From: an uncultured Alphaproteobacteria bacterium | Lineage (GTDB): Bacteria; Pseudomonadota; Alphaproteobacteria; Rhizobiales; Xanthobacteraceae | Direction: 5' to 3' | NCBI GenBank assembly: GCA_963725495.1 | Contig: CAVRYM010000005.1 | Span: forward strand, 723,617 to 787,616 | DNA length: 64,000 bases | Shown here: piece by piece, positions 27,612 to 37,283 of the stretch | How positions within the stretch are numbered: position 1 is the stretch's first letter | How the letters are laid out: each line of letters begins with the position of its first letter | Notes under the pieces: model-generated | Database searches by the model: none | What the model was told of the DNA's origin: nothing | Seen by the model: the letters and a program-made list of their open reading frames with translations, nothing else | Program-made: the position numbers and the translations under genes

Positions 27612-29237
27612 TCACATCCCCTTCGCGACATCCCGCAGCTTGAATTTCTGCAACTTTCCGGTCGACGTTTTTGGAATCTCGGCGAACACGACGTAGCGCG
27701 GGCACTTGTAAGCGGCGAGGTTCTGCCGGCACCAGGCGATGAGTTCTTCGGGCGTCGCGCTCGCGCCCGGTTTCAGCTCGACGAACGCGCACGGCGTTTC
27801 GCCCCATTTCTCGTCGGGCTTGGCGACCACCGCCACCGCCTGCACGGCGGGATGCTTGTAGAGCGCGTCCTCGACCTCGATCGAGGAAATATTCTCGCCG
27901 CCGGAAATTATGATGTCTTTGGAGCGGTCTTTGAGCTGAACATAGCCGTCCGGATGCATGACGCCGAGGTCGCCGGAATGAAACCAGCCGCCAGCGAATT
28001 CCCGCTCGGTCGCCGTCCGGTTTTTCAGATAGCCCTTCATCACCACGTTGCCGCGGAACATGACCTCGCCCAGCGTTTGCCCGTCGCGCGGCACTGGCTG
28101 CATCGTGTGTGGATTGAGCACGTCGAGCGCGTCGAGGACCGGATAGGCGACGCCCTGGCGCGCCTTCTTCGCCGCCTGCTCGGAACCGCGCAAGTCATCC
28201 CATTCGCGGTGCCAATCGTTGACGCTCGCCGGCCCGTAGGTCTCGGTCAGGCCGTAGACGTGGGTGACGTTGAAGCCCGCGGCCTTCATCGCCGCCAGCA
28301 CGGCTTCCGGCGGCGGCGCCGCGGCGGTGACGAACTCGATCGTGTGCGGCAGCGGCTTCCTCTCCTGCGGCGAGGCGTTCAGCAGCGTCGACATCACGAT
28401 CGGCGCGCCGCACAAATGCGTAACCTTGTGGGTGACGATGGCATCGAAGATCGGCCCCGCGCGAACTGCACGCAAGCAAACATGAGTACCCGCGACCACC
28501 GACAGGGTCCAAGGGAAGCACCAGCCGTTGCAGTGGAACATCGGCAGCGTCCACAGATAGACCGGATGCTTGCCCATGGCGCAGGTGATGACGTTCGCCA
28601 TCGCCAGCAAATAAGCGCCGCGGTGATGGTACACGACGCCTTTGGGATCGCCGGTGGTGCCGGAGGTGTAGTTGAGCGAGATGGCGTCCCATTCGTCGTC
28701 CGGCATCAGCCAGGCAAAGTCGGCACCGCCTTCGTGCAGAAAATCCTCGTATTCGAGTTCGCCAATCCGTTCGCCAGCGCCGTTGAATTCGGGATCGCCG
28801 TAATCGATGACGAGCGGCTTTGCCTTGCAGATCGACAGCGCATCCTTCGCCACTTTGGAAAACTCGCGGTCGACGATCAGCACCTTGGCTTCGCCGTGGT
28901 CGAGGATGAACGCGATGATGGCGGCGTCGAGCCGCGTGTTGATGGTGTTGAGCACGCCGCCGGCCATGGCGACACCGTAATGCGCTTCCAGCATCGGCGG
29001 CGTATTGGCGAGCACGGCCGCGACCGTGTCGCCGCGGGCAATGCCGCGACGGCCAAGCGCGGAGGCAAGCTTCTTCGTCCGTGCGTAGAAGTCCCGGTAA
29101 TTCCACGAGCGGGCACCGTGGATGACCGCCGTTTGCTCCGGATAGACGGCGGCCGCGCGGGCGAGAAACGACAGCGGCGTCAGCGGCTGAAAATTTGCCG
29201 CATTGCGGTCAAGCCCGGTATCGTAGGGCGTCGGCAC
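27612..29237 (-). CDS. AMP-dependent acyl-CoA synthetase/ligase
   Basis: YTSGTTGDPKG and GWFHSGDLG motifs. 541 aa. Confidence 0.9.
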   Translation of the reverse strand: MPTPYDTGLDRNAANFQPLTPLSFLARAAAVYPEQTAVIHGARSWNYRDFYARTKKLASALGRRGIARGDTVAAVLANTPPMLEAHYGVAMAGGVLNTINTRLDAAIIAFILDHGEAKVLIVDREFSKVAKDALSICKAKPLVIDYGDPEFNGAGERIGELEYEDFLHEGGADFAWLMPDDEWDAISLNYTSGTTGDPKGVVYHHRGAYLLAMANVITCAMGKHPVYLWTLPMFHCNGWCFPWTLSVVAGTHVCLRAVRAGPIFDAIVTHKVTHLCGAPIVMSTLLNASPQERKPLPHTIEFVTAAAPPPEAVLAAMKAAGFNVTHVYGLTETYGPASVNDWHREWDDLRGSEQAAKKARQGVAYPVLDALDVLNPHTMQPVPRDGQTLGEVMFRGNVVMKGYLKNRTATEREFAGGWFHSGDLGVMHPDGYVQLKDRSKDIIISGGENISSIEVEDALYKHPAVQAVAVVAKPDEKWGETPCAFVELKPGASATPEELIAWCRQNLAAYKCPRYVVFAEIPKTSTGKLQKFKLRDVAKGM

Positions 29238-29349
29238 GATCTCTTTCCTCCCTTCTTTCCGCCGACCCTAGCAGAGAAGGAGAAGAGCGAACAGCGAACG
29301 GAGGATCGCGCTTTCCCTTTTGGCCGCGCGCAATTTGCCACCCGCTCGC

Positions 29350-30120
29350 TTAGAGACTTTTCCATCCCTGCAGGATGAGTGCCACCGAGATGGCGAACAT
29401 CAGCAAATAGGTGATCCGATAGAACGGCTCGGTCGGCGTCTTACGGACGAGCCAGATGCCGAAGTAATTTGACGCGACCGCGAGCGGCAACAGCGCGAGC
29501 GAGGTCAAAAAATTGCGCACTGAGAATTGCCCGAGCAGGTAATAGGACGGCACCTTCATCATATTCATGAAGGCAAACATGATGACGGTCGTGCCGACGA
29601 AGGTCAGCTTGTCGAGTCGCTGCGGCAGGACGTGAATCTGATAAGCCGGCGCGCCGACATTGATCAAAAGCGACATGAAGCCGGCCAGCGACCCCCAGAA
29701 CACGCCGAGCACGGCATGCGGGCGAGTGGGCTTTTCGCCAGCGCGCACGAGATGCGGCCACAGCCAGCGGCCGATCCAGCGGTAGAGTACGAAGGAGAGC
29801 CCAATCGCGCCGCCGGCGATCTCGATCGCGGCGTTGGAGACATGGCTCGCGAACAGCGTTCCGGCGGCCATGCCAAGCACCGCGCCCGGCATCAGCACCT
29901 TCAAATTCCATCCGCTCCAGGCACGCCGGTAGGCCCACACCGAGATCGCGTCCTGCGTGACCAGGAGGGGCAAGATGACGGTGGCGGCTTGCAGGATCGG
30001 CACCCTTAAGGTCAGCAACGGAACCGAAATCATGCCGAGCCCGGCAAAGCCGCCCTTGCCAAGGCCGAGCAGGATCACCGAGGGAATGGCGACCAGATAG
30101 AACAGCGGATCATCGATCAC
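29350..30120 (-). CDS. Sulfite exporter TauE/SafE family membrane protein
   Basis: Polytopic protein with LGLGKGGFAG motif. GTG start at 30120 inside track ORF 29350-30198. Confidence 0.75.
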   Translation of the reverse strand: MIDDPLFYLVAIPSVILLGLGKGGFAGLGMISVPLLTLRVPILQAATVILPLLVTQDAISVWAYRRAWSGWNLKVLMPGAVLGMAAGTLFASHVSNAAIEIAGGAIGLSFVLYRWIGRWLWPHLVRAGEKPTRPHAVLGVFWGSLAGFMSLLINVGAPAYQIHVLPQRLDKLTFVGTTVIMFAFMNMMKVPSYYLLGQFSVRNFLTSLALLPLAVASNYFGIWLVRKTPTEPFYRITYLLMFAISVALILQGWKSL

Positions 30121-30284
30121 GGCGTGAGCGGGTCTCGGTGTCGAACGGCGATGACATAGATCAAAGCGCGCAGACTTAGGCCAGCCTTGTGTTTGCATGA
30201 CCCTCCCGCGTCGTCGCTTGCAAACGCCGCCGCGAGGCGGAAGATGACCTCCTCCCCGCCAGCGGGGAGAGGGAGGAGAAGGCC

Positions 30285-32203
30285 ATGGACGCCCGTTCGA
30301 GCCGCTATCACGAGGTTTACGCGCGCTGGCAGCGCGACCCGACCGGCTTTTGGGGCGAGGCGGCCGAAGCGATCGACTGGTTCGAAAAGCCCAAGACGGT
30401 GTTCGATCCCAAGGCCGGCATTTACGGCCGCTGGTTTGTCGGCGGCGTCTGCAACACCTGCTTTAATGCCGTGGACCGTCACGTCGATGCCGGCCGCGGC
30501 GAGCAGGCGGCGATCATCTACGATTCCCCGCTCGCCGGGCAAAAGCGCACCATCACCTATCATCGCCTGCTCACCGAGACGCAGGTGCTCGGCGGCATGC
30601 TGCGCGATCTCGGCGTCGGCAAGGGCGACCGCGTCATCCTCTACATGCCGATGGTGCCGGAGGCGGTCATCGGCATGCTCGCCTGCGCGCGCATCGGCGC
30701 CATTCATTCCGTCGTGTTCGGCGGCTTCGCGCCGCGCGAACTCGCCACCCGCATCGATGATGCCACGCCGAAAGTCATTCTGTCGGCGAGCTGCGGCATC
30801 GAGCCCGGCCGCGTCGTCGCCTATAAGCCGCTGCTCGACGAGGCGATTGCGCTCTCGGCGCACAAGCCGGATGCCTGCCTGATCCTGCAGCGGCCGCAGT
30901 TGCAAGCCGCGCTGATCGAAGGCCGCGACCGCGACTGGGCGGCGATGCGCGATTACGCGCTCATTCATGCCCGTTCGGCGTGGGACTGCGTGCCGGTCGA
31001 GGCGACCGATCCGCTCTACATTCTCTATACGTCGGGCACGACCGGGCGGCCAAAGGGCGTGGTGCGCGACAATGGCGGCCACATGGTCGCGCTCAAATGG
31101 TCGATGAAAAATCTCTATGGCGTCGAGCCCGGCGAAGTGTATTGGGCGGCGTCCGATGTCGGCTGGGTAGTCGGCCACTCCTACATCGTCTACGCGCCGC
31201 TCCTGCACGGCTGCACCTCGATCCTCTACGAGGGTAAGCCGGTCGGCACGCCCGACGCCGGCGCGTTCTGGCGGGTGATCGCCGAGCACGGCTGCGCCGC
31301 CATGTTCACCGCGCCGACCGCATTCCGCGCCATCAAGAAGGAAGACCCGCAAGGCAGGTTTTTTGCGCAATACGACCTGAAAAAATTCCGCACGCTGTTT
31401 CTCGCCGGCGAGCGCGCCGACCCGGATACGGTGCAGTGGGCTGAGAGTTTGCTAAAAATTCCCGTGCTCGATCATTGGTGGCAGACCGAGACCGGCTGGT
31501 GCATCGCCGGCAATCCGGTCGGGCTCGGCACGCTGCCGGTCAAATACGGCTCGGCGACGGTGCCGATGCCGGGCTACGACGTGCGCGTCGTCGACGAGGC
31601 GTGCAAGGAAGTGGCGGCCAACACGATGGGCTCGATCGTGGTCAAGCTGCCGCTGCCGCCGTCGTGCCTGCCGACGCTGTGGCAGGCGGACGAGCGCATG
31701 CGCGAAAGTTATCTCGACGAATTTCCCGGCTACTACAAAACCGCCGACGCCGGCTTCAAGGACGACGACGGCTACGTCTTCGTCATGGGCCGCACCGACG
31801 ACATCATCAATGTCGCCGGCCACCGGCTCTCGACCGGCGGCATGGAGGAAGTGCTGGCCGCCCATCCCGCCGTCGCCGAATGCGCCGTGCTCGGCATCAA
31901 GGACGAGCTCAAGGGCGAAGTGCCGTGCGGCTTCATCGTGCTCAAGAGCGGCGTCAACCGCCCGCCGGCCGACATCGAGAAAGAGTGCATCGCGCTCATC
32001 CGCGAAAAGATCGGCCCAGTCGCCTCCTTCCGCCTCGCCATCACGGTGGCGCGGTTGCCGAAAACGCGTTCCGGCAAGATTTTACGCGGCACGATCAAAA
32101 AAATCGCCGACGGCGAGCAGTGGCGATGCCGGCGACCATCGACGATCCGGCGGTTCTCGATGAGATCGGGAGTGCGTTGAAGGGGAAGGGCGTGGGGGCG
32201 TAA
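30285..32203 (+). pseudogene. prpE: Propionate--CoA ligase (PrpE-like acyl-CoA synthetase) with a -1 frameshift near 32123
   Basis: YTSGTTGRPKG and the N-terminus YHEVYARWQRDPTGFWGEAAEAIDW. The conserved tail MPATIDDPAVLDEIGSALKGKGVGA-stop lies in the frame of ORF 31475-32203. A G appears to be missing from tgg(g)cgatg. Confidence 0.8.
32177..32203 (+). repeat. R1: functional 3' end of prpE (ttgaaggggaagggcgtgggggcgtaa, encoding LKGKGVGA-stop)
   Basis: First of three direct copies; see R2 and R3. Confidence 0.85.
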
Positions 32204-32210
32204 GGCGAAT

Positions 32211-32279
32211 GTAGCCCGGATGAGCGAAGCGAAATCCGGGAACGGCTCTCCCGCATATCGCTGCGCTCATGCGGGCTAC
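32211..32279. repeat. REP-type palindromic element gtagcccggatgagcgaagcg..., copy 2
   Basis: Matches 701-779. Lies between R1 and R2. Confidence 0.8.
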
Positions 32280-32285
32280 TTGCTA

Positions 32286-32312
32286 CTGAAAGGGAAGGGT
32301 GTGGGGGCATAG
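32286..32312 (+). repeat. R2: duplicate of the prpE 3' end (ctgaaagggaagggtgtgggggcatag, also encoding LKGKGVGA-stop)
   Basis: Five differences from R1. All are synonymous or stop-to-stop. Confidence 0.85.
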
Positions 32313-32314
32313 CG

Positions 32315-32770
32315 ATGTACGACGCATCCAAGTTGACGACGCCTGAAGGCTGTCGCACCGTTATGCAGAGAGCGCGCGATAGGAATTTGCCTGACGTTTA
32401 CAACGCGGCATTCAAGCGATTTTGTGAATTGGTCGGAACAGCAAATGATGATCCCTCTGATCCGCTGGTCAGCGACTTTTACAAGACACTCGCTGCCTAC
32501 GAGCAATTGCTCACGGAGAAGAACGGTCGGACTACACTAGCGTCTCGGACGCGGCAGAAGATTGATAACAAGGGTATTCATGAAAGCTTGATCGAGTGGA
32601 CTTGGGGTAAGATTGAAACAAATGGCTTCAAGTTGCTCGTAGAAAAGGGCTTATCCGAGTATACTGGGGAGTATCTCGTAGTTCGTTACGCCGATCGATT
32701 TCCCGACGACATAGTGACATTGGCGAAGCGTCGTCTAGCTGCTCATGGAATCAAGGCTCCAGAACAGTAG
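32315..32770 (+). CDS. Hypothetical protein on a low-GC single-gene insert
   Basis: 151-aa ORF starting 2 nt after the R2 stop codon. Visibly AT-richer than its surroundings. Confidence 0.6.
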   Translation: MYDASKLTTPEGCRTVMQRARDRNLPDVYNAAFKRFCELVGTANDDPSDPLVSDFYKTLAAYEQLLTEKNGRTTLASRTRQKIDNKGIHESLIEWTWGKIETNGFKLLVEKGLSEYTGEYLVVRYADRFPDDIVTLAKRRLAAHGIKAPEQ

Positions 32771-32807
32771 CAATTCGTTACGGCCTAGGCGACTAAGCGC
32801 TTTAACT

Positions 32808-32850
32808 TCGGGAGTACGCGGCGCTGAAAGGGAAGAGGGTCGGAGGTTAA
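32808..32850 (+). repeat. R3: degenerate third copy of the prpE 3' end (…tcgggagtacgcggcgctgaaagggaagagggtcggaggttaa)
   Basis: Core 32824-32850 encodes LKGKRVGG-stop. Similarity to prpE extends upstream (tcgggagt(g/a)cg). Confidence 0.7.
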
Positions 32851-32853
32851 CTC

Positions 32854-32873
32854 GAGAGCGCGGCACCGCTCTC
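32854..32873 (+). terminator. Hairpin gagagcg-cggcac-cgctctc after R3, possibly the original prpE terminator
   Basis: 7-bp GC-rich stem. The following T-tract is weak. Confidence 0.35.
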
Positions 32874-32896
32874 ACTTTCGTGCGTTATGTGAAATC

Positions 32897-33877
32897 ATGC
32901 GCCTCGCTGGAAGCTGGCTCGTCATCGGCTTGGTCATGTGCTGCGCGCCAGCGGGCGCGCAGACTCCCGCGAGTCCACCTGCGGATGAGGCAAAACCGGT
33001 CGTAACAACCGCGACGCCGGCGCCAGCCGAAACGACGCCCGCCAAGCCGGCTGAAGATAAAAAAACGGACGACAAGCAAGCGCCCGCCAGCCCGCCCACC
33101 GCCGACGATATCTGCCGCACGGTCGAGCAGGCGGCGGCGGAGAACGGGCTGCCGGTTGAGTTCTTCGCCCGCGTCATCTGGCAGGAGAGCCGCTTCAACG
33201 CGCAAGCGGTGAGCCGCAAAGGCGCGCAGGGCATCGCGCAATTCATGCCGGCGACGGCGGACTTCCGCGGGCTCGCCAATCCGTTCGATCCGATCGCGGC
33301 GATCCGCGAGGCGGCGAGCTATCTGGGCGATCTGAAAAAGCAATTCGGCAATCTCGGCCTCGCCGCTGCCGGCTACAATGCCGGGCCCGCACGCGTGAGT
33401 GCCTGGCTCGGCGGCAGGCGCCCGCTGCCGGCCGAGACGCGCAACTACGTCGCCATCATCACCGGCTGGACCGCCGACGAGTGGGCCTTGCCGTCACCGC
33501 CGGATACGGCGGACACGACGATCCCGCAGGGCATTCCGTGCACCCGGCTCGCCAATCTGATCCTGGCCAAGCCGCCCGAGCAAAAACGCATCGCCGCCTA
33601 CGTACCGAAATGGGGCGCGCAGCTGACCGCCAGTTTGTCCGAGGCCGGCGCCTGGGCGGACTATCGCCGGCTGCAGAAGCGCTATCCGGCGCTGATCGGC
33701 GACAGCGAACCGATCGTACTGCGCGGCCGCATCCCCGGCATGGGCCCCGCCCAGCGCTACATCATCCGCATCGCCAACGACGATTACGCGACGCTTGCCA
33801 AGCTATGCAACAAGCTCGTCATCGCCGGCGGCGCGTGCGTAATGATGCGCAATGAGCGCGCGGCAAGGGTCGATTGA
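32897..33877 (+). CDS. Lytic transglycosylase (SLT domain) protein with a Pro/Ala-rich linker
   Basis: Signal peptide. QESRFNAQAVSRKGAQGIAQFMP and AGYNAGP motifs. Confidence 0.85.
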   Translation: MRLAGSWLVIGLVMCCAPAGAQTPASPPADEAKPVVTTATPAPAETTPAKPAEDKKTDDKQAPASPPTADDICRTVEQAAAENGLPVEFFARVIWQESRFNAQAVSRKGAQGIAQFMPATADFRGLANPFDPIAAIREAASYLGDLKKQFGNLGLAAAGYNAGPARVSAWLGGRRPLPAETRNYVAIITGWTADEWALPSPPDTADTTIPQGIPCTRLANLILAKPPEQKRIAAYVPKWGAQLTASLSEAGAWADYRRLQKRYPALIGDSEPIVLRGRIPGMGPAQRYIIRIANDDYATLAKLCNKLVIAGGACVMMRNERAARVD

Positions 33878-33933
33878 AAGCCTTGACATGCCGGCTCGTC
33901 CGCCGGCGCTGTGGACGAACTTTAGGTTTCCCC

Positions 33934-34377
33934 ATGCTATATAATTGTTATCTCCGAAAGGGCATTGTCTATGTGCCCACGATCGGCAAACGAGGCGGCG
34001 CCTATGTCGTTATGGAGCCCGTAGCTGTTGTTCCCGCCAAGAGTACCGAGGATCTGCGATGCGCATTCGAAGAGGCAATTGGCAGAGGAAACGCGGCGCT
34101 CCCGCTGCTCAAGGACGGACGACCGCCGCCAGTGATGCTGAAATACACGAAAACCAAATCGTGGCCTGACTTCGTTCGCGACACGCTAACCTGGAATATT
34201 GAAATAATCGACGACCAATACCAAATTGTTGGCCATCGACTGCGCCCGGATGGAGGATGGGCGGAAGATCACGATCACAAAATTAAATTTCCTCTCGGAA
34301 CCGCACCCGATACGGTGATCAACCGCATGATCGCGGTCCTGCAAGAGGCCGCGGAGCAGCAGGTAATAAAAGACTAA
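33934..34377 (+). CDS. Hypothetical protein, paralog A of a tandem pair
   Basis: MLYNCYLRKGIVYVPTIGKRGGAYVVMEPVAVVP... is roughly 45 percent identical by eye to 34524-34958. Lower GC than background. Confidence 0.6.
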   Translation: MLYNCYLRKGIVYVPTIGKRGGAYVVMEPVAVVPAKSTEDLRCAFEEAIGRGNAALPLLKDGRPPPVMLKYTKTKSWPDFVRDTLTWNIEIIDDQYQIVGHRLRPDGGWAEDHDHKIKFPLGTAPDTVINRMIAVLQEAAEQQVIKD

Positions 34378-34402
34378 TCGTCGCTGAAACAGGGGGCATC
34401 GT

Positions 34403-34432
34403 ATGATCGCGATCCTGCAGGACGCAGCCAAC
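34403..34432 (+). pseudogene. Vestigial 3' end of a third paralog (MIAILQDAAN)
   Basis: atgatcgcgatcctgcaggacgcagcc matches the 3' ends of both neighbours (RMIAVLQEAAEQQ and RLIAILQNAASQQ). Confidence 0.4.
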
Positions 34433-34523
34433 GTAACGCGCCGAGTACCGGTGGGACCCAGATCGAATCAAGTGCCCGCGAAACAGCAGAATTTGGCGCG
34501 CCAAATGTGCCGCGGAATAGAAA

Positions 34524-34958
34524 ATGCTCCACAACTGTTATCTCAGAAGCTCGTTCGTTTACGTGCCGACCGTCGGTAGACGCGGAGGCGCCTACACCGA
34601 TATTGAGCCTGTCGCCGTCGTTCCGCTGGCGAATACGGACGGGCTGCGCCGGGCGCTTCTTGAGGCGATTGGCAGAGGAAATGTCCCTGTCCCGCTCCTA
34701 AAAGGTCAGCATCCTCCGCCTGTCGTGCTTAAATACGCCGGCGTAAAAAGCTGGTCGGCTTTCGCCCGCAATGCATCGAGCTGGAGCATCAAAGAGAAAA
34801 GTGGCTCATATCAGATTGTGGGGTATCGAACTCACTCGGATGGCTACTACTGGGTCGAAGATTCAAACCAGAAAATCGAATTTCCGCTAGGAACTGTCGT
34901 CGATGCGGTCGTCGACCGCTTGATTGCGATCCTGCAGAACGCAGCGTCCCAGCAGTGA
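34524..34958 (+). CDS. Hypothetical protein, paralog B of a tandem pair
   Basis: MLHNCYLRSSFVYVPTVGRRGGAYTDIEPVAVVP... Confidence 0.6.
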   Translation: MLHNCYLRSSFVYVPTVGRRGGAYTDIEPVAVVPLANTDGLRRALLEAIGRGNVPVPLLKGQHPPPVVLKYAGVKSWSAFARNASSWSIKEKSGSYQIVGYRTHSDGYYWVEDSNQKIEFPLGTVVDAVVDRLIAILQNAASQQ

Positions 34959-35100
34959 GGGCGTCTTGCCGGTTCCTCATCGCCAGGATTGGCGAATGAT
35001 GTTTGACGTTATCGGCCGCGTTTAGAGCGACACGACCGACTAGACAGTCCCCCGTTCATCATGCGCATTATCGCCGGCAGGTGTTCCGACCGGAGCGCGC

Positions 35101-36081
35101 ATGGCAGACAACGATGCCGGCATGATCGACGTACATTTCCACCTCATTCCGCAATTCTATCGCGATGCGGTGTACGAGGCGGGCAGGGGTCCTGCGATCG
35201 GCCGTTATCCGGACTGGTCGGAAGAACTTGCACTCGAACTGATGGACAAGCACGGCATCGCGCTTTCCATCACCTCGATCGCGCAGCCCGGCGTCGGTTT
35301 CATGCCCGACGCGAAGGCCACGGATTTCGCCCGCCGCTGCAACGATTACGCCGCCGAATTGATTGCGCAGCATCCGCGGCGCTTCGGCTGCTTCGGGCTT
35401 CTGCCGATGCACGACGTGGACGCCGCCATCGCGGAAGCGCGGTACTGTCTCGAAACGCTGCGCTTTCACGGCATCTCGCTGTTCGCGAGCTACGGCGACA
35501 AATTCCTCGGCGATCCGGGTTTCGATCCGTTGATGGATTATCTGGATGCGCGCGCGGCCGTGGTCCACATTCATCCCGGGCTGCATCCGTCGAGCCGGTC
35601 GCTCGATCTGCCATGGCCGGGCTTCATGATCGAATATCCGTTCGACACCACGCGCGCTGCGGTCAATCTCCTGTTCTCCGGCGCGCTCGAGCGCTTCTCC
35701 AGAATCCGCTTCATCCTTTCGCATGCCGGCGGTACGTTGCCGTACCTCGCCTGGCGACTGTCGGTGGCGCCGATGATCGACAAGCGGCTCAAACAGCGCT
35801 CGCGCGAGGAGATTTTCGCCGGGCTAAAGACCTTCTGGTACGACAACGCACTGGCCTCCGGTGCGCAACCGATGGCGACGCTGGCGCAGATCGCAGCACC
35901 CGAGCGCATTCTGTTCGGCAGCGACTGGCCGTTCTGCAATGATGCGGTCGTCGCCGAGGAAGTGAAAGATTTCACTGCGCCCGGCTTCCTCGCGTCTGAT
36001 GCGATCGCGAAGATCGCGCGCGAGAATGCGCTGAAGCTTCTTTCCTCCCCCACGCCAGTGGGGGAGGGGGACCATCCGTAG
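35101..36081 (+). CDS. Amidohydrolase family protein (ACMSD-like, amidohydrolase_2)
   Basis: IDVHFHL metal motif and FGSDWPF near the C-terminus. The last ~12 codons run into a REP element. Confidence 0.8.
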   Translation: MADNDAGMIDVHFHLIPQFYRDAVYEAGRGPAIGRYPDWSEELALELMDKHGIALSITSIAQPGVGFMPDAKATDFARRCNDYAAELIAQHPRRFGCFGLLPMHDVDAAIAEARYCLETLRFHGISLFASYGDKFLGDPGFDPLMDYLDARAAVVHIHPGLHPSSRSLDLPWPGFMIEYPFDTTRAAVNLLFSGALERFSRIRFILSHAGGTLPYLAWRLSVAPMIDKRLKQRSREEIFAGLKTFWYDNALASGAQPMATLAQIAAPERILFGSDWPFCNDAVVAEEVKDFTAPGFLASDAIAKIARENALKLLSSPTPVGEGDHP

Positions 36082-36202
36082 CGCGAAGCGCGAAGGATGG
36101 TGGAAGGGGCGCGGGACTCGACGAAACTCCTGCAACGAACGCCAAGCGACGAGTTCGACGCCCCCTCCACCATCTTGCTTCGCAAGATGGTCCCCCTCCC
36201 CC
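36044..36202. repeat. REP cluster of ggggagggg-type hairpins
   Basis: ggggagggggaccatcc...ggatggtggaagggg and its inverted partner cgccccctccaccatct...agatggtccccctcccc. Confidence 0.6.
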
Positions 36203-36237
36203 GCTATAGCGCAGGGCTGTCCGGGGAATGATTCACT

Positions 36238-37283
36238 GTGTCGCGGTGCATGCTCGGCCTGGCCGATGCAAATCGGTCGTTTCTGGTTGTCGAGACACAG
36301 AAGGAGCCGAGCATGCGGTTTGCCAATAGCATTTTTGTCGGCCTGCTTAAACCAATCGACCGACGGCGGTTTGGGGAGATTGTGGACGCGCATAATGGCG
36401 ATGCCTACGACAAGTCGTTCAAGAGTTGGGATCATTTGGTGGCGTTAATCTACGCACAATTGGCCGGGCTTGACGGCTTGCGCGCGTTGGTGGCCGGCTT
36501 CAACGCCAATTCTCAGCACCATTACCATTTGGGCACCGGCAAGCTTGTCCGCTCGACGCTTTCGGATGCCAATGCGCGGCGGCCGGTCGGGATTTTTGCG
36601 CAAACCTTCGCGATGCTTTCGACCTTGGCGGATCGGCGGACGCGTCAGCAGGGAGCGGAGATGGTTCGCCTGATCGACGCCAGTCCGGTTCCGCTGCACA
36701 CGCTGTGCAAGTGGGCTAAATGGAACGGCCGCATCCGCGGCATGAAGCTGCACGTCGTTTACGATCCAGTGGCCGACGTGCCGATCGGCGCGGTGGTCAC
36801 CGCCGCCAATGTCAACGACATAGAGATCGGCCGTCAGGTGGCCATCAAGGCCGGCACGACCTACGTGTTCGACAAGGCCTATTGCCGCTTTGACTGGTGG
36901 CAGAACATCAATGATTGCGGGGCTTTCTTCGTCACCCGGACGAAGCGGAAGATGCGGCTGCGTGCAAGCGGGCATCGGCCGCTGCGCAAGCGTAACGGCG
37001 ATGGCTTCAAGGTCCTCGCCGACGACGAAGTCAAGCTCGCCAGCAAGGGCAATTCGCGGCTGCCGATCCCGCTGCGCCGGATCCAGATCAGGCGCAGTCA
37101 GGGCGGCGTGATCACCCTTCTCACCAACGATCTCAATCGCACCGCAGTCGAGATCGCCGCGCTCTATAAGAGCCGCTGGCAGATAGAACTGCTGTTCCGT
37201 TGGATCAAGCAGCATCTCGACATCCGTAATTTTCTCGGCACCAGCGACAATGCCGTCCGTCTGCAAATTCTCGCGGCGATTTG
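36238..37283 (+). mobile_element. IS4-family insertion sequence remnant; transposase (ATG 36313) truncated at its 3' end
   Basis: MRFANSIFVGLLKPIDRRRF...SWDHLVALIYAQL N-terminal domain. DDE region DKAY...YKSRWQIELLFRWIKQHL. Protein similarity stops at about ...RLQILAAI, where the sequence abuts the convergent CoxL-like gene. No inverted repeats identified. Confidence 0.7.

Noticed and set aside
27852-29378. 508-aa plus-strand ORF
   Set aside because: Antisense shadow of the acyl-CoA synthetase gene.
30117-31370. 417-aa minus-strand ORF
   Set aside because: Antisense shadow of prpE and the TauE gene boundary.
36445-37266. 273-aa minus-strand ORF inside the IS remnant
   Set aside because: Antisense to the transposase, whose DDE-family sequence is clear.
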